DNA from: Spirochaetaceae bacterium
GTDB lineage: Bacteria; Spirochaetota; Spirochaetia; DSM-2461
Assembly: GCA_051531975.1 (NCBI GenBank)
Contig: JAOPTT010000005.1
Location: 64,001 to 128,000 of the forward strand
Length of the DNA stretch: 64,000 nucleotides
Direction: 5' to 3'
The notes under the pieces are model-generated. The model was not told the origin of the DNA, made no database searches, and saw nothing but the letters and a program-made list of their open reading frames with translations. A program made the position numbers and the translations under genes. Of the stretch, positions 57,589 to 64,000 are shown in pieces. Position 1 is the stretch's first letter. Each line of letters starts with the position of its first letter.

Positions 57589-60478
57589 AAAAAACTACTC
57601 TATCTTTACCTCTACTCTTAGCTTTATATAAAGCTTTATCAGCATTTTCAATTATACTATTTGCTGTAATAATAGAATCAGGAGTTTGAATACTTACACC
57701 TATACTAACTGAAGGATTTATTTTTGTTCTTTCAATTTGAACATTATGTACACTTCTAATTATATTATTTGTAACAGCTTCTATTCCATTTTTATCAACA
57801 TTATATAAAAAGGCAATAAATTCATCACCACCATATCTAGAAATGAAGTCCGAATCTCTCTTTATTGCATTTGTTAATACATCAGAAATTGATCTAATAA
57901 CAGTATCTCCAATTGCATGACCATATTTATCATTTACTTCTTTAAAATCATCAATATCTATAAATATCACAGCTATGGGAATACTTTGTCTATGTGCTCT
58001 ATTAAATTCCTTTAAATAAGTTTTATCAAAGTAAAACCTATTGTATGTACCAGTTAACGAATCCTTTATAGATAACATTTCAAGACGTTTATTAAGAATT
58101 TTAAGTTCTCTATTTTTTTCTCCTAGAATCATAGAGTACTTTAATCTAATCAGAAGATAGATAACTCCTATTATTAGTACAATATAAATTATGTAAGCTA
58201 TCCAAGTTTTAAACCAAGGTTTATTTATTATTATGCTTATATCAATTGTTTCTAAACTCTCAATACCATTTGAATTTATAGATTTGACAGAAAATTGATA
58301 TTTCCCAGGTTTCAAGGATGTATACTCTGCAAAATTTCTGGTCCCTGAATCAATCCAACTGTTATTTAATCCTTCCAGCTTATATTTATATGTTATTTTT
58401 GTTGGAGACTCGTAATCTATTCCAATAAAACCAAAACTAATATAATTTTCATTGTAGTTTAAAGAAATAGTATCTTTATCTTTAATATCCTTTATTTCAT
58501 GTAATACACTAAATTCTGTTAATAATATTCTTGGAGGGCTTTTATTGGGAAATCTTTTGAAATTACTGATTTTTGTTACACCATTAGCTCCACCAAATAA
58601 CAGATCTCCATTTTTCTCTTTAAAAAAACCACTATTAAAAAATATACTAAAAAGACCATCTTCTTCTGTTAGTGATTTTATTTTACCATTCTTAGGTGTT
58701 AAAACATTTAATCCCGAACGTGTAGATACCCATATGTTTTTATCGTTATCTTCTGAGATTGTTAATACGTTATTACTGCTTAGACCATCTTTAGTTGAAT
58801 AACTTTTAAATGTACCTGTTTTATCATTATATACATTTAGACCACTGCTATAGGTTCCTATCCAAAGATTACCAGAACTATCCTCAAACAGAGTCCTTGT
58901 TATATTTCCACTTAATGACTCACGGTTGCCTGGAATCTTTCTGAATCTTGTGAAGTTTTCTTTATCTTTGTCATATCTACTTAATCCACTATTTGTACTT
59001 AACCATTTTGTACCATCTTTCATTTCAAGAATATGATAAACTATATTATCGGATATTGTTTTATTATCAGTTTCTGAATACTTCATATTCAAAATTGTAT
59101 TATTTTGTAAATCAACAATATTTATACCTTCACCATAAGTTGATATCCAGAATTTACCTTCAGAATCCTCAAGCACATGGGTAATTATATTGTGAGACAG
59201 TTTTAAATCTGGGTATAAATCATCCCAACTTGTATAAGATCTATTTTGCATATCTAAAGTCGCAAGACCAGTATCAGTTGATACCCATATTCGTCCTTGG
59301 CTATCAGTAGTCATGTGGTTTATATTTGATCCAATCATTGGATAACTTTGGGCTACTTTATCAACTTCATTATATAAAAACAGACCAGTACCATAGACCG
59401 CTATCCATAAATTATTATTTGAATCTCTATATATCTCTGAAATCTTACCTTTAGGTAGCCAGCCTTCATTTTTATTACTTGAAGTTATATAGCTATAATT
59501 TCTTTTCCGTGGAGATATTATGTGGGCACCACCACCATTAGTCCCAATCCATAATAGTCCACTTCGATCTTCGAATAAAGAATAAATTACCCCATTAGCC
59601 AGCTCGTCTTTTATTACTCTTTCATCACCATTTTTACTTTTACTCCAAATTCCACCACCCCAAGAACCAGCCCAAATGGTATCATCAGATGTCTTTGCAA
59701 GGCTATAAACATTATTGTCAGGTAAAGTATAATTATTAATAATCCCGGTCGTTATTGAATATTCTACAACACCTCCATCCCACATTCCTATTAGGACACT
59801 ATCTTTACCACTACCAATAATTTTCATTACTAAGTTTGATGGTAATTTTACATCAAGGGTTGTAGATAAAAGAGTTTTTGTATTATAAATATCTATACCA
59901 TCATATCCTCCAACCCACATTCTATTTTCACTATCTAAGTAAAGAGTACGAATTGTATGATGAATAGTTGGTAGTTTAGTTATTTTAGTTAAATCTTTAT
60001 TAATTAGGTTTAAACCATCCATAGTACCAACCCAAATATTATCTTGATTATCTACCTGCACAGCTATAACAATATTGTTACTTAAACTTATTTCTTTGTC
60101 TTTATCAGCACTAAAATTTGTGAATGTTTTTGATTCTATATCAAATATACTTATACCATTATAAGTACCTATTATTAGCCGATGCCTTTTTTTATCGTAA
60201 CTTAGGGTCTGAACTAAATCATTAGGCAGTGTATTTTCATCAAATGGGTCACTGGAATAAACAGTCATGTTAAGGCCGTCAAAACGATGTAACGCACCTT
60301 GACTACCCATCCATATTATTCCATCTTTGTCCTGAACGATTCCTGATATTGAAAGACTTTGAATACCATTTAATCTATCAATATTTAAAATTCTTGGATC
60401 ATTTTCTTGAAAAAAATCCTGACTGTATATAGTTAAACATCTAAGTATATATATTATTATTAAAATTCTTTTTAACAT
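57575..60478 (-). CDS. Diguanylate cyclase with beta-propeller and Y_Y_Y sensor domains
   Basis: Propeller repeats, YTSLKPGKYQFSVK, TM helix, DSLTG.YNR, DIDDFK.VND.YGH and RDSD...RYGGDEF (I-site RxxD plus active GGDEF). Confidence 0.93.
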   Translation of the reverse strand: MLKRILIIIYILRCLTIYSQDFFQENDPRILNIDRLNGIQSLSISGIVQDKDGIIWMGSQGALHRFDGLNMTVYSSDPFDENTLPNDLVQTLSYDKKRHRLIIGTYNGISIFDIESKTFTNFSADKDKEISLSNNIVIAVQVDNQDNIWVGTMDGLNLINKDLTKITKLPTIHHTIRTLYLDSENRMWVGGYDGIDIYNTKTLLSTTLDVKLPSNLVMKIIGSGKDSVLIGMWDGGVVEYSITTGIINNYTLPDNNVYSLAKTSDDTIWAGSWGGGIWSKSKNGDERVIKDELANGVIYSLFEDRSGLLWIGTNGGGAHIISPRKRNYSYITSSNKNEGWLPKGKISEIYRDSNNNLWIAVYGTGLFLYNEVDKVAQSYPMIGSNINHMTTDSQGRIWVSTDTGLATLDMQNRSYTSWDDLYPDLKLSHNIITHVLEDSEGKFWISTYGEGINIVDLQNNTILNMKYSETDNKTISDNIVYHILEMKDGTKWLSTNSGLSRYDKDKENFTRFRKIPGNRESLSGNITRTLFEDSSGNLWIGTYSSGLNVYNDKTGTFKSYSTKDGLSSNNVLTISEDNDKNIWVSTRSGLNVLTPKNGKIKSLTEEDGLFSIFFNSGFFKEKNGDLLFGGANGVTKISNFKRFPNKSPPRILLTEFSVLHEIKDIKDKDTISLNYNENYISFGFIGIDYESPTKITYKYKLEGLNNSWIDSGTRNFAEYTSLKPGKYQFSVKSINSNGIESLETIDISIIINKPWFKTWIAYIIYIVLIIGVIYLLIRLKYSMILGEKNRELKILNKRLEMLSIKDSLTGTYNRFYFDKTYLKEFNRAHRQSIPIAVIFIDIDDFKEVNDKYGHAIGDTVIRSISDVLTNAIKRDSDFISRYGGDEFIAFLYNVDKNGIEAVTNNIIRSVHNVQIERTKINPSVSIGVSIQTPDSIITANSIIENADKALYKAKSRGKDRVVFFKEE

Positions 60479-60520
60479 ACTTAAATATTAGGTTACGAAA
60501 AGAAAAAAATAAAGACAAAT

Positions 60521-62053
60521 CTACAGTTTATACTGTTTTTGGACTGAAATTATGTGTTTTTTCCAAATATTTCGTCTATTTTGTCTATCTAATACAGTCA
60601 TTGATGGCATGAACTTTTTATGGGGAATCTTCATCTGGGATATTTCTTCTCTACTTGCCCATACACCAATTGCTAATCCTGCAAAATATGCTGCTCCAAT
60701 AGATGCTAAATCACTTTCATCTGAACGGTAGATCTCTTTACCAGAAAAGTCTGCTAGACACTGCATTAAAACATCGGAATTTGTTACACCACCATCAACT
60801 CTTATGGAAGTTATTGCTATTTTTGTCTCTGTTTCCATTCCATCAATAATATCTACGACTCGATGGGCTATTCCTTCTATTATGCCTCTTGCAATATGTT
60901 TTTTTTCAGTTAGCAAAGATAACCCAGAAAATGAAGCTTTAAGTTCTGGTTTAAAATACGGAAACCTAATTCCAGTTAAAGTTGGTACTACAAACAGTCC
61001 TTTTGAATCAGTACATTCTGTCGCAAACTTATCTAATTCCTGAGGCGATTTAAATAGTTTGACCTTATCTACAACCCAGTCAATAAATGTTCCAACAGTT
61101 GCGACCTGACCTTCTAATTCATATTGTGGTATGCCTTTAAAGGTCCATGCAATTAATGGGAATAGTCCTTTTGTAGAAAACTTTGGTTTATATCCTACAT
61201 TCATCGATACAAATGCTCCTGAACCAAGGCTAATTTTAACATCCCCTTTATTAAAACATCTATGACCAAATAGTGATGCTTGCTGATCTCCAACTACACA
61301 AGTTACTGGTATTGTTTTACCAAAAATTGTGTGGTCTGTATTACTTAGATAGTCATTTGTATTACATACTTTAGGTAGAATATTCATAGGAATTTTAAAA
61401 ATTTTACAAAAAAGAGTATTCCATTTCATCATAAAAGGATTTAGTAGGGTAGTTGCTGCTGCGTTTGTATAATCTGTAATATGATCTTTTTTTCCACTTA
61501 ATCGGTATACTAACCAACTATCAATTGTACCAAACATTACTTCATTTTTTTTACATTTTTCTTTGATATTAGGATTATTATCTAATACCCATTTTAGTTT
61601 ACATAATGTATGGTCAGTATTTAACTTTAACATCGAAGTAACTATTAAAAGAGGGTTCCGTATTAATCGACCAATGAAAAATGCTACAGTCCTTAATGTT
61701 CTCCATATTGGATTTCTATTCATTTTTCTAACTGTATCCATAGCCCGAATATCTTGCCAGTTAATAAAATTAATTAATGGTTCTCCATCCCTACTATCCC
61801 AAAGAGTAAAAGTAGACCTTTGATTAGTTATAGCTATAGCATCTATTTTAATTAGAGGAAGGTTTATACCTTTTTTTACAATATCTCTAAAGGATTCCCA
61901 TATATGTTCTGGATTGTTTTCGGTACCACCAGGTTCAGGATGTAGTATTTCTATTTTTTTATATGTTCTATGAACTATTTTACCATTTTGATCAATAATT
62001 AGAGAACGTATACCTGTACTTCCACAATCAACAACTAAGATATGTTTATTCAT
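60521..62053 (-). CDS. FGGY-family carbohydrate kinase, glycerol kinase 5-like
   Basis: DCGSTG, ITNQRST, WQD.R, FGTIDSW, TDYTNA, GDQQA and RVDGG motifs. Confidence 0.85.
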   Translation of the reverse strand: MNKHILVVDCGSTGIRSLIIDQNGKIVHRTYKKIEILHPEPGGTENNPEHIWESFRDIVKKGINLPLIKIDAIAITNQRSTFTLWDSRDGEPLINFINWQDIRAMDTVRKMNRNPIWRTLRTVAFFIGRLIRNPLLIVTSMLKLNTDHTLCKLKWVLDNNPNIKEKCKKNEVMFGTIDSWLVYRLSGKKDHITDYTNAAATTLLNPFMMKWNTLFCKIFKIPMNILPKVCNTNDYLSNTDHTIFGKTIPVTCVVGDQQASLFGHRCFNKGDVKISLGSGAFVSMNVGYKPKFSTKGLFPLIAWTFKGIPQYELEGQVATVGTFIDWVVDKVKLFKSPQELDKFATECTDSKGLFVVPTLTGIRFPYFKPELKASFSGLSLLTEKKHIARGIIEGIAHRVVDIIDGMETETKIAITSIRVDGGVTNSDVLMQCLADFSGKEIYRSDESDLASIGAAYFAGLAIGVWASREEISQMKIPHKKFMPSMTVLDRQNRRNIWKKHIISVQKQYKL

Positions 62054-63132
62054 GGCGTTAAACTAAATGTAAGAGATTGTCTCTCGTTATATCGTTCCAT
62101 TCCATATTTATATATCCTGTCTAATAGATCTGGATATTTTAAGCCATCTTGGGCACATAACATAGAAAACATACTAACATTGGTGAAGCCTGGTATAGTA
62201 TTAATTTCATTTAGCATGAAATTACCACTTTTTTTATCTAGGAAAAAATCAACACGACTAAATCCTTTTAAATTAAGAGCTAAGTATGCCTTTTTAGCAA
62301 CTTCTTTCATCTCTTTTGATAACTTGTCATCTATTTTTGCTGGAATAATGAGCTTTGCTCCATTAGGATCTATATATTTTGCATCATAATCATAGAACTC
62401 ATGGGATGGTGCAATTTCTCCAAGACTAAAGGTTTCAGGTCTACTGTTTCCAATAATTGAGCACTCTATCTCTCTTGCATCAACTGCTGGTTCAATTAGA
62501 ACCTTTGAATCAAACTTAAATGCATTATCCATAGCTTTAAAAAACTGTTTGCTATCTTCAACTTTAGAGACACCTACAGATGAACCAGTTTGTACTGGTT
62601 TAATAAACATTGGATATAGAAACTTATCTTCAGATATTTTTTTTATTTGGTCTGGGTTATTTAAGTAGTCATATTTTTTTACACCTAAAAATGGAACTAT
62701 AGGAAGACCTTCTTTGTCCCAAACTATTTTTGCATACTCTTTATCCATAGCCATAAAACTACCATCTAGACCAGAACCGGAGTAGGGAATGTCTATAATC
62801 TCTAATAGACCTTGCATTGTTCCATCTTCCCCAAATGTTCCATGTAGAATTGGAAATATAAAATTTAGATCTAATAAATTATTATTAACCATTAAACCTC
62901 TTCCAGGCACTAGAGATACTATATTGTGCTCATCTTGTTTTATTTCTAAGGATTTACCACTATTGTCATAGTTTTCTTGTAAATACCATATACCGGATTT
63001 AGTTATACCAATTAGGTTTATATTGTATTTGGTTTTATTTAGATTTTTTTCAACTGAGGAGGCGGACATTAAAGATACATCATGCTCTCCACTTCTCCCA
63101 CCATATAATATTGCGACATTAACTCTTTTCAT
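62050..63132 (-). CDS. ddl: D-alanine--D-alanine ligase
   Basis: GGRSGEHDVS, LHGTFGEDG..QG, GSSVG, FYDYDAKY and NEINTIPG motifs. Confidence 0.97.
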   Translation of the reverse strand: MKRVNVAILYGGRSGEHDVSLMSASSVEKNLNKTKYNINLIGITKSGIWYLQENYDNSGKSLEIKQDEHNIVSLVPGRGLMVNNNLLDLNFIFPILHGTFGEDGTMQGLLEIIDIPYSGSGLDGSFMAMDKEYAKIVWDKEGLPIVPFLGVKKYDYLNNPDQIKKISEDKFLYPMFIKPVQTGSSVGVSKVEDSKQFFKAMDNAFKFDSKVLIEPAVDAREIECSIIGNSRPETFSLGEIAPSHEFYDYDAKYIDPNGAKLIIPAKIDDKLSKEMKEVAKKAYLALNLKGFSRVDFFLDKKSGNFMLNEINTIPGFTNVSMFSMLCAQDGLKYPDLLDRIYKYGMERYNERQSLTFSLTP

Positions 63133-63205
63133 ACATATATAGTATTATAAAGCTTGCAAATGAGCAATGTTTGTTGTTATCATATCTGAACCACTGGAGG
63201 TTCCT

Positions 63206-63652
63206 TTGAATTTTAATATCTCAATTGTTATAGGTTTAAGTTCTACTTTATTAGCTCAATTAATTAAGGTTATTGTTATTTTAGTAACTGATAAGAAATT
63301 TGCTGGAGACAGGATGTTCTCAACCGGTGGTATGCCATCATCTCACTCGGCAGGATTAGTATCTGTTGCTACTTCTATTGGGATTATTGATGGTTGGAAT
63401 TCAACAACATTTGGAATTGCAACAGCATTAGCATTAGTTGTAATGTACGATGCTACAGGTGTTAGACGTGCGGCTGGAGTACACGCCGAATATTTAAATG
63501 TTATAGTAGAAGAGTTATCTCATATATTCAAAAAAGATGGCGAAGAGCAAAAAGCACTAAAAACCCTTTTAGGCCATACTTATATTCAAGTTATAGCAGG
63601 TTTTCTATTAGGAATAATTTGTGCCTATTTTACTCATTATGTAATCTTATAG
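63206..63652 (+). CDS. Divergent PAP2-family membrane protein (DUF212)
   Basis: AQLIK, GGMPSSHS, VMYDA.GVRR.AG and LGHT motifs; GGAGG RBS before TTG 63206. Confidence 0.9.
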   Translation: MNFNISIVIGLSSTLLAQLIKVIVILVTDKKFAGDRMFSTGGMPSSHSAGLVSVATSIGIIDGWNSTTFGIATALALVVMYDATGVRRAAGVHAEYLNVIVEELSHIFKKDGEEQKALKTLLGHTYIQVIAGFLLGIICAYFTHYVIL

Positions 63653-64000
63653 TAGACCTTTAGATTTCAAAATATTTTTAACTACCTCTATCTCATTCCA
63701 AGGTTTACTACCATCGGCATATTCTATTGATGTTTCATGACCTTTCCCTAAAGTTAAAATCATATCATTTTTCCGGGCTATCTCTATTGCCTTAGTAATT
63801 GCTTTTGTTCTATCGGATATGATATATAGTTCTTCCTCTGATCTATTAGATATTCCAGATTTTATATCATTTATAATTTTTAGAGAGTCCTCTAGTCTTG
63901 GGTCTTCGTCGGTTAATATAATTATATCTGAAAACTCATCTGCAATTTCTCCTTGAACAGACCTTTTTTGGGTATCTCTTTCACCAGCTGAACCAAAAAC
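63647..64000 (-). CDS. murE: UDP-MurNAc-tripeptide synthetase, 3' part only
   Basis: Hand translation VFGSAGERDTQKR...IILTDEDPRLED...DRTKAI...LGKGHE...KSKGLL*. Confidence 0.9.
   Translation of the reverse strand, partial: VFGSAGERDTQKRSVQGEIADEFSDIIILTDEDPRLEDSLKIINDIKSGISNRSEEELYIISDRTKAITKAIEIARKNDMILTLGKGHETSIEYADGSKPWNEIEVVKNILKSKGLL

Noticed and set aside
5477..62971. Numerous 60-200 aa ORFs nested in or antisense to long genes (e.g. 5477-5956, 14545-14955, 23460-23891, 31044-31433, 32680-33285)
   Set aside because: No recognisable motifs or RBS, and fully overlapped by well-supported CDSs.
62050..63132. Van-type D-Ala-D-Lac ligase
   Set aside because: The omega loop FYDYDAKY has the Tyr typical of D-Ala-D-Ala ligases, and there are no van genes nearby.

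Overview
AT-rich chromosomal window from an anaerobic, fermentative bacterium. It is probably a free-living spirochaete, inferred from gene content and the EDPR motif in MurE. I saw no rRNA, tRNA, CRISPR array or IS element. In order, the window holds: (1) an AraC regulator and divergent sulfatase, followed by an AraC remnant; (2) a two-component cluster with an orphan solute-binding protein; (3) a ~16 kb corrinoid-dependent methyltransfer locus at 10.7-26.7 kb; (4) MCP, PFOR, MscS, epmA-efp-methyltransferase, two tandem ferredoxins missed by the ORF track, trpS, parDE, MATE and a two-component pair; (5) a rex/CBS-kinase/DRTGG/PHP operon divergent from an electron-bifurcating [FeFe]-hydrogenase operon; (6) further signalling genes, a GK5-like FGGY kinase, ddl, a divergent PAP2 gene and the 3' end of murE. 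The corrinoid locus is the best candidate for an undescribed system. It encodes an AqpS-like channel with a 3-Cys tail, a COG0523 GTPase, a UroD/MtaA-family methyltransferase fused to a CxxC thioredoxin-like domain, a PocR-AraC regulator, a cobalamin riboswitch with a corrinoid protein, a MetH-activation-domain protein, a RACE/ASKHA activator and a late cobamide operon with two deletion scars. Its four promoters share an upstream box at a nearly fixed distance from the -10 element. The gene content suggests B12-dependent methylation or demethylation of a small uncharged solute, possibly a (methyl)metalloid. Family assignments come from motif recognition by eye; no database searches were run.
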